In this document: in pieces, positions 35,240-49,929 of the stretch
How positions within the stretch are numbered: the stretch's first letter is position 1
Layout: every line of letters begins with the position of its first letter
Source of the DNA: Geosiphon pyriformis uo1
Taxonomy: Eukaryota; Fungi; Glomeromycota
Assembly (NCBI GenBank): GCA_016748015.1
Contig: JAAOMT010000760.1
Span: 296,219 to 360,218, forward strand
Direction of reading: 5' to 3'
DNA length: 64,000 nucleotides
The notes under the pieces: model-generated
Databases searched by the model: none
What the model was told of the DNA's origin: nothing
The model's input: the letters and a program-made list of their open reading frames with translations, nothing else
Made by a program: the position numbers and the translations under genes

Positions 35240-35973
35240 TTAAAATTGAGCTTCTGTAAAACCATATGTATCTATTGTCATGGCTTCATTCATGTAATGT
35301 TTGATGGTTGCTTCAAGTACTGTCTTTTGTAGGTTTTTGAACTGTTGATTGGTTATTTGTCCTATGTTGTTAACTATTATGGTTTTCATAGATCTGTTTA
35401 GTAGTACATTTGGGCAATGTTGGAAGGCAGCATATAGTTGGTATGCTGTTTTGTAATATAGGGTTAGGTTGTTTCTTCCTATGTATTTTTCTACTTTTTG
35501 CATTGCTTCTTTGTTGAACATTCTCTGGCTGAAGTCTTTATATAATGTTTTCAAGTCAAGCTGTTCTTCAATTTTGTAAAACCAATAGGCTGGCAGAAGT
35601 TTTTCTTTCTATTGCTGGGCATTGTCTAGTGTCTATTCCTCTGTTTCAGGGAGTTCGGTCTCACAAAATAAAAATTTTTTAATTCTTCTATCTTGGAGAC
35701 CAAGTATTTTTTTTTGTAATCTTTTTCTTGTTTCTTTACTCTTTCTTCTCCACCTTCTGCCCAAAGGCAATTTTTTCTCCAATATTGCCTTTCGGGTGGT
35801 GGGTAGAAAAGAGAATGTTTAATTCTAATTGAACTCTCGTCCTTCCCTCTCCTGCTTTTATCTTTGTACTGTATCTCTTTTTTATCAATTGTTATTTTTA
35901 TTTGAGCAGAAGATTGTTGAATTGCATCAAACAGTTGTTTCGAAAGTTGTAAAATTTAATCTGAAAGGTCCAT
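35240..35973 (-). pseudogene. ORF3 of E
   Basis: MDLSD(Q)ILQLSKQLFDAIQ...KTAYQLYAAFQHCPNVLL...GFTEAQF* ending at the PPT. Confidence 0.78.
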
Positions 35974-36055
35974 GTTGAAATTCTGTTGATTTATTTTTAT
36001 TGTTTCAGTAATTATATATACTTGAATTTTCTAATTAAATAGTTATGTATCACTT

Positions 36056-37423
36056 TTATGTTTCGATGATGATGATTGGTTCCAGATCTTGTGATATATT
36101 TTCTGGTCTGATTAACAGAATTTGTGTTCCTAATTAAGATACTAATGACAATGACTGCTGTTTTGTATAATAAATTTTTAATCAGTTCCCATGAGCTACT
36201 TTCTTTAAAATTTTGTTTTCCAATTGTAGTTTGTAAGCTCTATTTCCTAAAGCTTTGTGTATGTGGAATGGACCATTCCACTTTGGGTCAAACTTTCCAC
36301 TCCACTGTTTTTTAGCTTTTGTATGATGTAACAGTACCTGGTCTTCAATCTTGAATTCCATTGGTTGTTTAGGCAGACAATTGTTATGTCTTTCTTTTTG
36401 TTATTTTTGAGTGTTATTAATATTATCAGCTGCTGTTTTTCGGTTGTTTTCTAACATCTCTATTAGCTGGTATGTTTTTTGGTGTAAGGTAGCTTTGAAA
36501 TTTTCTTCGGTAATTGTTTCTGTTGGGTAGAACAATATTTTTTGTTCGATAGATAACGTTACTTTTCTTTCATAGACTAGTTCGAATGATGTAAATTGTG
36601 TTGTATTTTGTTTTAGTGTTCAGTATGCAAAAAGTATTGAAGGTATAAATAAGTCTTATTCTTGTTCATTTTCTTGACTTATTTTTGCTAGTGCTTTACA
36701 AAGTGTTTGGTTAAACCATTCTACCAGTCTGTTTGTTTGTGGGTGATATGGTAATGATAAAGGATGTTTTATACCAAACCATTGGCTTAATTCTATTAGT
36801 GTATTATTGATAAAATGTGTTCCTTGGTTAGATAACAATTCTTTTGGGCATCCATGTTTGCAAATTAGATCTTGGTGTATGAATTCCACTACTGTTTTGG
36901 CATCAGCTACTTGGATTGCTCTAGCTTCTGGCCATTTTGTAAGATAGTCTACAGCTACAGTAATGTACCAATTTCTTTTGGATGTAATTGAAAGAGAACC
37001 AACCAAATCAATTCCAATTCTATCAAATAGATTTCTAACTGAAATGGGTCAAAGTGGTTCTGTTGATTTTGCTTTTTCTCTCCACTAGCATGAGTTACAA
37101 TTGAGAACATATTTGAAGATGTCTTTGTACATTGTTGGCCAATAATATAAATTTAGTGTTCTTTTGAAGATAGCATCTTTGTTAAAGTGTCTTGCAGTCA
37201 GATCTGAGTGCATGCTATATAGTATAGTTTTTTTTTCACTGTCCTTGATTAGTCATTGTGGAGTGGAGTGGTTTCAGTGTTCTTGTCAATATAGTTGGTT
37301 GTCTTGAATAAAATAATTTTGGGCTTGTTTTTGTATGATACTTTGTTTCTGTTGAGATAATATCTTCTTGAAATGTAGTGTCAATAGATACTGATATAGT
37401 TGTTAATAAGTGAGTGTGTCCAT
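36056..37423 (-). pseudogene. int: Integrase ORF of E
   Basis: Own ATG (MDTLTY(Q)QLYQYLLTL), VAVDYLTKWPEARAI, HGCPKELLS, LEPIIII; 456 codons. Confidence 0.9.
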
Positions 37424-37433
37424 GGATCTGGAA

Positions 37434-40400
37434 TTAGGTTTGTGGCATTCTCGACAAACTGTCAGCATTGGTGTTCTTGGATCCTTCCTTATAATGGACT
37501 TTAAGTAGAATTGTTGCAAATACATACTCCATCTTGTATATTTTTCTTCTAGTTGTGGATTGTTGAGTAACCAAATAAGTCTTTTGTGGTCAGTATATAG
37601 GTCAAATGGTTAACTGAGGTAATGTTTCTATGTCTGTACTGCCCAATAAATGGTGAGCCATTCCAAGATTGTTGCACTATATACTTTTTCTGCTGGACTT
37701 GTACTACGACTAGCATATGCAATTAGATGTTCTCTTTTGTCTGGTTCTATCTAAGATAAAACGGCTCTTAGTGCATTTTTTGAGGCATCCATAGTAATGA
37801 TGAAATGTTTGGTGAAATCAGAGTAGATCAATATCAGAGAGGTGATCAACTGCTGCTTGAGATAGTCGAATGCTTTCTGCTGGTTTTTTCTCCATAGGTA
37901 TAGTACATATTTGGATAATAAATAATAAAGAGGTTTTGTGATGGTGGAGAATCCCTTGATAAATTTTCGATAGTATCTTGCTAATCTTAAAAATTCTCAT
38001 AATTCTCATAAGTTGTTTGGGGCTGGAAAGTCTTTGACTTTTTGGATTTTGTCTGGATTAGGCTTAATTTCATCTTTTCTGATCATGTGCCCTAAGAACT
38101 TTAGTTCAGTTTTTCCAAAGAAGTACTTGTTGGGATTGAGTTTTAATCTGGTGTTTTAAAAGCATTTGAACACTTGTTAAAAGTAAAGCAAATGGTTGTC
38201 AAATGTTTTTAAGAACATGTTAGTATCATCCAGATAAACTATGACTGATTTCCAAAGGATTCTTTTGTATACTACATCCATGAGACATTAAAAAGTGGCA
38301 AAAGCATTACAAAGTCTAAAAGGCATCATGTTAAATTCGAAATTGCTATCTTGAGTAGTAAATGCTGTTTTTTTTTTGTCTTTGGGGTCCATTTTAACTT
38401 GCCAATAGCTATTGGCTAAATCTAATAACAAGAACCATTTTTTTTTTCCTAGATTGTTCAAGATTTCTTGGATGAGAGGAGTGGGATAATTATCTCCTTG
38501 CATAACATTATTTAGTTTCCTGTAATCTATGCAGAATTGTGCCTTTCCATTTTTCTTAGTAACTAGAACTATTAGGGAGGACCAAGGGCTTAATGATTTT
38601 TTAATCAGTCCGTTGTCAAGCATTTGTTGTACTTCCTGTTTAATCAAATTATTGCCAGATGGGAGTATATGATAAGCTTGTTGTTTAATTAGTCGAGCAT
38701 CTCTCATATCAATTTGATGCTTCATGATGTCGGTGCGTTTGAACTCATTTTTGCTGGCAAAAACATCAGCATACTGATTCAGAAAGACTTTGAGTTGAAT
38801 TTGTTGCAGGGTATTTAAGTTTTCTAAATTCAATTTATTAATTTCTTCTGGTGTAAACAAGTAACTTTCTTTTGGCAAATTCCATACTTGTAAGATAATG
38901 TTGCAGAATAAGAATAATTGTGTAAAATCTGGAATGGACTGGGTTTTTTCAAGATTCTGAATATTTGTGGATATGGAACTGATGAGAGTTCCTTCAAGGA
39001 TTTCAATGACATCTTCTGTGAGGTTGTGAATGGGAATTTTAAAGTGTTTATGGGCTTTTGTTGGTAGATACAAGTTAGCAATGTCGGCTAAAGAGCAAAT
39101 TTCAGGATCAGCTTCAAATAACAGGGCCTGGTCTTGGATTTTCCAATTCACTTTGAGGATATATTGTCAATAGAGAGAGATGGAAATAATGGTGTTGGTG
39201 TAAATAAGTTCTACTTGGTCACTGTCTTCCTTTATGAGATTGACTGGTACGTTTCCTCTTCCACTTGATCCAAACCCATTGATTTTTCAGACAGTAAGGC
39301 CTAACTTTTCTCAGATTGTTACTGGGGTTAATTGGGGTATTTTGACTAGAGGTAGGAAGATAGCTTGGGCAATCTTTTCTTGTAATTCTATTTTGTAGGG
39401 TCTGTTCAAATTGTTCTGTAGTATTACAATAATGTTCCCTGTGTAACCAGCATTGATGATTCCTCCTTTTATGTCAATTTTTTTCTTGGCTAGACTAGAT
39501 TGAAAGACAACTTGTACCATTGTATTAACAGGAATTTTTAACACTATCTTAAGATCTATTTTTACAAGGAAATATGGGGCTATAATGATGAGTGATTGTC
39601 TGGGATATTATAGGTCGAAACCAGCATCAGTATCATGCACTTTTTCAAAGCAGATTCCTTTCTCATTGTCACTGTACCATTTTAGCTTTAGTTCTTTGGA
39701 TAAGTTAGAATACGCGAGGTATTGTTCTGTTTCGGTAGTCTCACTTGGCTCTTGAAATGGCATGTCCTTAGCTATTAACTCAGTTTCTTCTTTGGATTCT
39801 GGTAGTTTGTCAATATGATATAATGTTCTTGGCAGTAGATTGAACATGAAGTTACATTCATCACAGTACTGAAAATAGCAAGGGATTAGGCAATGATCAC
39901 ATAGTTTCTTGTTTAGATCAACTAGTCTCTGTTCCTGTTCTTCTCGAGTTGGGGCCAATTCTTGGTAATGATCTTAAAATGTGTCTGGGTTGTCAGTAAA
40001 AAACTCTTCGGTAATGTAATTGGATCCATCGTATTTGGATACAAATGGATTTTCTTTGATTTCTCAGATTTCACTGAGTGTGGCATCTTCAGCTTTGGCA
40101 CTTGCCATTCTCCATATTTTGTGTTTATCATGCAGGTACCCGTCTAATTGATTGAATGCTTGTTTCCAGATGTTCTCGATTAGGGTTTCCTTTTATACCC
40201 AATTATTGATCAAGATGATATATTGACATGTTTCATCACATGTCTCTCCTCTGCCAAGTACATTATTCCAGAGTCTTTCATCTGGCAGGATCTCACCAAA
40301 GGTAAGGCATAGTGTATTGTCCTATTTATCTTGTCATTTTGGTCATCCAAATCTGTTCAGTAAACAAGATCTGCAGTAGTATTTGGTGGCAGTGGGCCAT

Positions 40401-43224
40401 TTTTCATTGTCTTTAATACATGCATCTATAGTGAATAGCTTCTTTCCACAATTAACACATATGAATCTTGGAGGTTGGTAAAATAAGTTTTTTGGTCCAA
40501 GATTACATATTCTAGTGATGATAATTGGGGTTCCTCTTCTGCTCTGCCTTTTCTTTTTTTTTTTCAGGTTGGTGGTGAGGGTAGTTCAGTTCAATAATCA
40601 TCTACTCATGAAACTTGATAGGTCTTGATGGTTGATGACAGTAGTGTGTCTTTGAATTCAATAAGGAGTTTCTCAGTACATTGGGTTTTAAAGTGTCTGC
40701 ACATAGCTGGGACTTGGGCATGCTGTCCATTGAATATGAGTTGAAGTTCTTGGGTGTTCCAATCAAGAGTAGCATTGGGTTTTGACAACCAATTATTTCC
40801 TACTAAAACTTGATATTAAATAGCTTCTATGACAAGTACTTTGATAGGGATCTGAATCTCATTAATCTTGAAGGAAAAGTTGTCAATTTTTTCTATTGGG
40901 GTTTTTGTGTTATTATCCACTATAATAATCTGAGCAGTAGCAGCACAGTCTATTCGGCAACCTAGTTGATCCATGAGCTGCTTCATGATTATGCTACTGG
41001 CTGATTCACTATTTAAGATTAATTTAATGTCTATTCCTCCGACTCTGGCATTGGTGTATAAAGCTGTTATTGGTTTATTCTCATTGATGGCTGCTCTACT
41101 AAAAAGGCTATGAGTATTCAAGTTATCAATGTCAAAAAAAAATATGGTGGCTAAGGTGGTGTCTTTGGTAATAGTGGCTGGTGGGATATTGCTTGTTGTT
41201 TGCTGGGAAGGTTGGAAGATTTGTTCCACATCCCTCTCTTCCATAGGTATAGATTTATCAAAATCCTGGTCTTTCATAAGACCGAGATAGAAAGCTTAAT
41301 TCGGGTATCTGGTTGGTGCTGGTTGAAATTAGACAGGACCATGAGGGATTGGTCAAGATGGTCCACTGTTGGTTTGCATGTGATTGTTGTTGGGATTCCT
41401 TCATCCCTAATTATAGTCTATGGTTCGAGATCTGGGCTTGTTGTAAAAAGGAATTTAATAGTGAGAGATTGCTTGTGTCATTGATAATAGTTGATAATAA
41501 TTTCAGGGTGGTGGTTGAGTGTATGGGACTTGTTGTGCATACTGGGGTGGTTGATTTTGAGATATGAAATATTGGGATATCATGTTTTGCTAATATCTTA
41601 GTTGCTGGTATTAGTTTTCTTGATTTTGGTCCATTATCTTCTTTCTGCAGTTACAAGCAATATGTTTAGATTTCTGGCAGTAGTAACAGTTGCAGGGATC
41701 AGATCTCCAAGGTTGTTGTTGTTGCTGATGGTTCTGTTGCTGTGAATATCTGCTGTTGTTGTTATTTTCTCTCTGTTGTAATAGTTGATAAGTTTCTGTG
41801 CTTCTGGCTAAGAATTCTTCAATTTTTTGAGTTAATTTCTTACTTAATTGGGTTATTTTTGTGTTGATGTCAGAGATTCTATTGATGGCTAAATTAATGA
41901 CTTGAGTATGGTTCACTTCTTGCTTGGCCAACTTAAAATCACAAGCAAGAGTAACTGCTTCTTGTAGGTTTGCCAGATGGCAAGATCATATAAATTTTAG
42001 GAGGCTGCTCCTTAGTTCTTTAACAAATTGATTGAGGACTTGCACAGTGGTATAATAATTCTGCTCGATGGCTAGGATTTGTCAAAGGACCTGATTGAAT
42101 CTTTCGAGATAAGTGGTTACTGCTTTATAGTTATTTTGTTTTATTATACTGAATTGATTTTGCAATCGGATAAGTGTATTAGGGTCACAGAAGTATTGCA
42201 AAAATGCAAGTTTAAACTCTGTAAAAGAGATAGGCTTCTCTGCAAGACTCTGGTACCATGAATTGGCAGTTCCGGTCAAAAAGAATGGCAGTGCCTAAAT
42301 TGTGTGGTCGTCATCCTAACCATTAGTGGTAATTGCTTTCTCAGCATCCATGATCCAAGAATATGTGTTATCTTCTTCACCAGAGAATTTCTCCAATTTA
42401 ACAATATTCCAGTAAGCCATGATCCAGTTAATGGGTGGGGTATTACTGGTTACATTTAAGGGAATTGGCGTCTGCATATTCGAGTGTTCTTCAGATGCTA
42501 ATGTTGGTTGTTTTCCTTTGTTGCTTAAACCAATAGATTGTAAAATAGCTGTTTCTTCTATTAAAGGAGATGCTGATTCTGTTGGATTTTGTGCTGGTGG
42601 TTGTTTTCAAGTTGACATGTTTTCTTCTGTTTGACCAGCTACTGGGGTAAGATTTCCAAACAGCAATCCGTATTCTCCCAGTGATTTGTTCCAACTTTGT
42701 TGGCCCCAAGAGTGTGGATTTCCAGGAGTTTGTGGTGTTTTAGACTGGGTTTCTAGGGGTGGATTGAATACAATTTTACTTTGGGGTGTTTAATGATACA
42801 ATGAAGTTGTTGGGAAGAGGACCTTTGGTTTTTTATTAACCATGGATTTGTTTTGGACAGTTGTGAGATTATTGGATCTGTATTTGTATTCTTCCAGATC
42901 AGATTCTACTGGTTGTTGTACTTGAGGGAATTGTTTTATCATGTAGTATTTAATGTCCATATTAACTATACATAGAGTTTTAGTAATTGCTTGAGTAGTG
43001 GTAGTTGTTGAGTACCTTAGTAAGCTTTGATGGATTTGTTCTCCAAGTCTTCTTGTGTCAGTTGTGCAGCCTAACAAGCAGTTGATTTTTGCGTTGATAT
43101 AGTTGCAAAAGTCACTTTCTGTAATGGTAGTTTCTGCTGGTATTTCTAGATTATTTTGAAAGTATTGAAAGAGTGCTCTTCCATATAAAGAATGGCTTTT
43201 TTCTATTGTTCTAATAGTCACCAC
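37434..43224 (-). pseudogene. gag-pol: Gag-PR-Cys-rich-dUTPase-RT-RNase H of E
   Basis: GTG start at 43224, CYYCQKSKHIACNC knuckle, protease, dUTPase (DAGFDL, GGIINAGYTG), RT with intact YLDD near 38230; ends NADSLSRMPQT*. Confidence 0.92.
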
Positions 43225-43265
43225 TTTTGTGTATCTCTGGGGTGCTCTGTCTCTGTGAATTTATA

Positions 43266-43283
43266 ATCTTACAGGGAGCACCA
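43266..43283 (-). promoter_or_regulatory. Primer binding site of E
   Basis: TGGTGCTCCCTGTAAGAT. Confidence 0.85.
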
Positions 43284-43285
43284 AA

Positions 43286-43697
43286 TATTATGGGTAAGCT
43301 TGGTGGGTAATAGAAATTGTAACGTTTGGTGCTTTCAATTATTGGTAATACATTTTTTGCATAATTCTGTTGGCTTAGTCTTGATTATCAGTCTCTGAAA
43401 ATTTATTCCTGGATGTGAATTTACTCATTGAGTTCTTTGGTTATAAGGCACAGAGTTTGTCTTTTGTCAATTGCAATGTTTTCCATAAATATGAGCTTTC
43501 TTCTTTGAGCTAATGAGCACAGTTGTTAGGATCTGGCATTGTTTTTTCGCCCTTCTGGTAAGCTATTAAGATAATATTAATATTCAAAACCTAGGGGGAG
43601 CTGCTCTTTTTTATCAAGCTATTACAAAGTCAATTTCCAGACAGTTGATTTTACTATGTTGCCGCTCTACACAGAAATCAAGAAAGAAAAAAAAGAG

Positions 43698-43758
<61 letters not shown>

Positions 43759-44341
43759 AAAAGAAAAAATTAGTATTGTCAATCACCATGATCAAGAGCA
43801 ATTGGTTTAAGTTGTTAATAGTTCGAGGTGATTATGCTAAGAGCATCTGTCCTAAAATAAAGGTAGAAGACAATAAATTTAATTGAAACATAGATGTTTG
43901 GAGAACAGGAGTTTGTGATTTTGAATATACAATTTATTTAGGAATATGTGTATAAGCTAAAAGATGAGAGAGTAAAGAAAATTGATTCTTGTCTAGCTGT
44001 CTGTCTTTTTCTAGCTTCTATAACTACTCGTTTTTATACATTCTTTTGGTTTTACAGGATTGTTTACAATTGTTATGTTATTACTAGCTATTGCTTTGTT
44101 ATTTCTGTTATTGCTTTATTATTCTATGTTATTGCTAGTTATCTTGTATTATAACACATTATCTGGTATTATTACATGCTATTCTGTGTTATTCTACATT
44201 ATAACATTTTATCCTGTGTTATCTTAAGTTATAATGCATTATTCCATGTTATTGCATATTATTCTGTGTTATGTCATGTTTTGTTCATGTTTTGGTCATG
44301 TTTTTCTCATAACTCGGATCAGTTTTTCTATTCAGATAACA
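43286..44341 (-). repeat. 5' LTR of E
   Basis: 1056 bp; pairs with the split LTR 23873-24855 plus 35120-35225. Confidence 0.92.
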
Positions 44342-47300
44342 ATAGAATTAGAAGAAGAAGAAAAAAAAAAGAAACTGAAGATCAGGAATTTACTTACTAG
44401 AATCCGATCACAGAAAATCCAGAAATAGAAACCCTGAATATTCAAACCCAGCAAATTCCAAATAATTTAAATCCCAAGTTAATTAATCAGGGAAACTTAC
44501 CTCCAGTAATCGTTATCAATCAGCCACCAATTGTACCAATATTAGAACCAATTCCACCACAGCCACTGCAGCAATCTATTCAACCACTGTTACAACAACC
44601 ACAACAACCAATTTAACCACTGCAACAACAACTTCAACAACTCTTACAACAACAAATCATAACACCAATGACATATGCTTCTATTGCCAAACTTGAAAAA
44701 TTCATTGGCAAAGAAGACGATGCCTAAGTGTGATTAAACAATGTGGAAAAAGCCATTACAGCCAATGGATAGGATGACGCCAGAACCATGTAAGCCATTC
44801 TCTATTTTCTTTAAGACACTGCTAATTTATAGTATCAAAGCTTGGTTAACAAACCCCAAGATTTCAATGCATTCAAGCTTGCATTTCTACAATACTTTAG
44901 CAATAATAATAGTATTAATTGGCTAGCAAACACTTTCACCACTATCAAACAAAAGGAGAATAAAGCAGTTACTACTTACTTAGGATGCTTCTATAGGAAT
45001 CTGCACTAAATTCAAGCAATCCAGGCTGACTATTTTACAGCACCACAAATCCTAAACCAATTTATTAGAAGTCTGTACAGCAGCATTCTCCACTGCATAT
45101 GTTCAATGCATCCAGCAAACTTTCAAGCCACAGTTACAAATGCCAGAGATTTTGAAGCCACTAAACTTGAAGCTAACTATGCCCAAGCCATTAATCTAGT
45201 AATAAATAGATCATCTGAATTAGATTCCAAATTAAAACAATTCAGTGACTCAATTAATCAGAAATTAGAGGAATACTTAGCTGATAGTCATGCAATTTAT
45301 CAACCTTTACAATAATGCAATATCCAAGAAAATGCGAATTGTTTCCAGAATCAATCATGTCCATCTTCCTCAACCAATCAACAGTGGCAGCAAGAGATGC
45401 ATGTTTGCCACTACTGTGGTAAACAAAGACATTTAAGAATTAACTGTAGATTAAGAATAGATAACCAATGATCAGAAAATCAGTATCAAAATTCTGATTG
45501 CCAGTTTCTAATTCCAAGTTACCAACCCAGCCCAGCACCATATCAACTGACTTATCTGCCAATAATGCAACAGCCAATATATCAATCATTTATATATCAA
45601 CCTCCAGTTTATCAACTGCAGCCACCAGTAATATATCAACTACCGCAACCACAAATTATTTATTAGACACCCACAGTTTAAACACTGCCATCAAACCCAG
45701 CTCAAATGACATCAGGAAACTTCAGATCAAGAAACACCCAAAACTGGAGATTGGCAATAGTTGTTCACCAACTGATCCCCAGTTTATTCAACCAGTCATC
45801 AGGATCATGACAGCAGAGTTCAGAAACTGAGTATACTCAAAACCCAAGTTCTCAGAACTATTTAAGTCTCCTAGTTACTCCAGAAGATACCCAACCTCAT
45901 AATCTGAAAACCAACCAACAATTAACACTTACCAGCAATATTTTATCAGCAATTATCTCCAATAACAAATCCTTATTAGCTATTTTTCTTTCGAATTTAA
46001 AGAAACCACATATGTTTCATTATTCAGTGGAGCCACTCTTAACACCAAACCAATCACTGCTATGTATACTGATGCAAAAGTTGATGGTCATATCATTAAA
46101 CTGATACTAAACAGTAGATTAGCTGGCAGTATTATTACACAACAACTCATAGACCAATTAGGTTGCCAAGTTGATTGTGCTGCTAGTGCTCGCATAATCA
46201 CCACTGATAGAGCAACCAAAATCTTTATTGGCAAAATTGATGACTTCTTTTTTGAAGTCAACAGTATCATCATTCCCATCAAAGTCCTAGTGATGGAAGC
46301 AACTCAATATCAGGCATTAGTAGGAAATAATTGGTTATCTAAAACCAATGCCATACTTGACTGGACAATGCAAGAGCTCCAACTTAGCCAAAATGGTTGA
46401 CATACACATGTACCAGCCATGTGTGGCCACTTCAAACCAATCAATCCACTAATACCACTCATCGAGTTCGAAGAAAAAGAGAAAAAACCTACCTAAGAAG
46501 CATACCAAGTTTTCTGAACTGATGAAGATTACAATGAACTACCACCTATACTCTCTTGGGACAACCACAACAAAAAAAAACAGAAGGAGACCAAACTTAC
46601 CTGGAATACTGACCAAGCCTGGAAAACTGACAATGGTCAAGACAAACTAACTTTGGAGTGGAAAGAAGATAATAATAAAGAAAAAAGAAAAGAGAAAGAA
46701 AAGGAAACAACACCTACCAACAGCACTTATAGCCCATATGCTTACACTTTACTACAGCCATCTGGCTATCACTAACCAAAATTGGTATGTATTGATTGTG
46801 GCAAGAAATTGTTGTCAATGGGCACATGCTGTAGTAATGATGAAGAATACTCTATAGCCACAAGATTCTACTGCCACTCATGCATCATAGAGCACTTTGA
46901 ATAACTGAAGTGACAAAAAAAGTGGGATAACCAACCTTGTCTTGCATATGAAACTATATTACCTAATGAAGAAATGTGGAATAACATTCCTGAACACAGA
47001 AGAACGTGTAATAAGACATGCCAGTACACTATCCTGATAAACAACTGGGTATGCAAAAGAACACCAATTGATGATGTCTAGAAAAGAGTGTTGTGACAAT
47101 TGGAAGAATATCCCCACAACAAACATGAACTCTAGAGAATGGTATATGCGAAAACAGAAGGTGCAACAACTAGTGAACTCTTAGAAATCAAAAACAACTT
47201 TCTGTCTCTTCCTGAACCCAAATATGTCCAAACTTTTGATGTCTTTGGCAACATTGAGGATGATCCAAAGAAATTCTATGAACATTACAAGCAATTAGCA

Positions 47301-49898
47301 CCCACCAAAGAGGAACAAAAGCAATGCCTAGAACAATTAAATACTTGACTATATTAATACTGCTTAATTCTTTGTGACTTCCAATATTGTAATAAGTGTG
47401 ACCTCATTTACAATCCACCACCATACATGATCTACATGATCCCAGAAAAAGAACCAATTAGCAACTGCACATTAAAATCATAATCAGTTTTCAATCCCAA
47501 TTCAAACTCCAACAATGATGACAATGAAAACACTGGTTCCAGTTCCACTCAATATGACAACAAAAATAACAACAATTTGGACTCCAATTCAAATCCCAAA
47601 ACCTATATCACACTCCCTAATCTTACCAAGGAACAAGAACTGAAATGGTTCAGTGATAATAACAAAGGTATCATGCCTAAACATGCACATGATACTGATG
47701 TAGGGTTTGACCTGAAATATCCAGAGAAAGATTCCATCAAATTAGAACCACATTTACGCACTTGTATTGATCTAAAAATAGCACTGGAAATTCCAGCAAC
47801 AACAATGATTCAACTAGCATCTAGGAATAGTTTAGCAAAAAAGAGGATTAACATCAGAAGAAGAATAATTGACACAGGATATGTAGGAAATATCATTGCT
47901 ATGCTATAAAATAACTCAGAAAAAGCATATGTCATAGATCTAAATGAAAAGATAGCACAGACAATATTCCTACCTCTGGTGAAAATAGTTCAGTAAGTGT
48001 CAGTAGGAAACAGAGAAGAATTAGAGATCACAGCTAGAGAGATACAAGGATTTGGATTAACAAGTAGAATAGATGTACCAATTAATATGGCAGAGGAAGA
48101 AGTTATTGACAAAGAAGAAATTATCTCAACCTGTCAATTAATTTCTATTCCACCATATAATCAGTATATGTTAGTCATAAAAAGAGAAGTAAAGAATCAA
48201 GCTCAGTTGTTCAAAGCAGAAGCCACTATTTGTGAATCAGGAGAAATTAGACTCACCAATCTTTACATATTAGCCAAAAGCCCCAAAAATATCAAAATTC
48301 CCATCTACAACACAACAGAAAATGTCATTGAAATACCAAAGGAAACTATCATTGAATATTTAACCACTGAAATTAAGGATCAACCACCAAACCACATTCC
48401 AAATTTTCTACAACTGTGCAAATATGTGGATATTACATCACAAACAATCTACAGACAAGAAGAATATTATCTGCTCCAGCCAGAACAATTAGAACAAATG
48501 AATTTAGGAAACTTAGACCCACTTTAATGAATGCAACTGAAGATGTTACTCAATAACTTCAATGATATCTTTGCTAGCAAAAATAAATTTGGCCGAACCA
48601 ACATCATTCAGCATCAGATCAAAACTGGAGATGCAATGCCAATTAAACAAAAAGCATACAAAGTACTACCAGCTAGCCATGAGATTATTTGTCAAAAAAT
48701 CAACCAGATGCTTGACAATGGGCTAATTCAGCCATCAATGAGTCCATGGTCATCACCAGTGGTACTAGTCTGGAAAAAGAATAAAAAGATCCATTTTTGT
48801 GTGGATTATTGAAAACTGAATGGAGTAACCAAAGGAGATAGCTATCTAACTCCAAAGATCCAAGAACTATTTGATGCTTTTGGTGGAAATAAATGGTTCT
48901 CAACATTAAATCTAGATAGTGGTTACTGACAAGTAGTCATGAATTCAGCTAACAAAAAAAAGACTGTATTCACAACAAGAAAAGGGAATTTTGAGTTTGA
49001 AGTCATGCCATTTGGCTTGATGAATGCTTTAGCCACATTCCAATGGCTTATGGAAATTGTTTATACTGAACTACTATAGAAATCAGTAGTCATATACTTA
49101 GATAACACCAATGTGTTCTCAAAAACATTTGATGATTATCTGCATTATCTCTAACAAGTATTTGAAAAGTTAAGAAGAGCTGGATTGAAACTAAATGCAA
49201 CTAAATGTTTCTTTGAAAAAACGGAACTCAAGTTTTTGGGACATGTGGTGAGCAAAGATGGAATCAAAACAGATCCAAACAAAATTGAAGTAGTTAAAAA
49301 CTTTCTAGTACCAATCAACTTGCCAGAACTAAGAACATTTTTGGAATTCGCAGGCTATTATTGCCACTTTATTAAGGACTTTTTTAAACTAGCTCAGCCA
49401 CTTTACCATCTACAGGCCAAAAATGTGAAGTATAAATGAACCAAAGCTCAACAAGAAGCATTTGATACATTAAGAAGAAAGCTTATTTAAGCTCTAGTAT
49501 TAATATATCCAAATCACAGCAAACCATTCATAATCACCACCAATACATTAGGCCAAGCATTAAGAGCAGTACTATTACAGAGAGGACCAGATGAAAGAGA
49601 ATATCCAGTAGTTTATGCCAGTAGAAGCTTAAGTCCAGCTGAAAAAAATTATAGAACTCCAGAATTAGAGCACTTAGCTATCTATTGGGCCATCACCAAA
49701 TGGAAAAAATACTTAAGCCAAAAGTTTGATGTTTATACTAATCACAAAAGATTAACTTCAATCCAAAAACAAGAATTTGGAGACAATTGTCATGCAAGAT
49801 AGAAAATAGCAATATCATCATATACATTTATAGTACACTATAAAAAGGAAAAAAACAATGGAAATGCCAACAGTTTGTTGTGAATAAGACAAATCTAA
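44342..49898 (+). pseudogene. gag-pol: Remainder of Gag-PR-Cys-rich-dUTPase-RT-RNase H of D
   Basis: Collinear with F; dUTPase about 47640-48065, RT about 48600-49450; ends ...RQI*. Confidence 0.9.
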
Positions 49899-49929
49899 AA
49901 ACATTTCAACCCAAAAATATAACAAAAAG

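Larger units (their letters stand above)
23873..44341 (-). mobile_element. Ty3/Gypsy element E, inserted in gag of D
   Basis: LTRs at 43286-44341 and 23873-35225 (split by F). TSD ACAG/ATAG. PBS at 43266-43283, PPT at 35226-35241. Confidence 0.92.
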
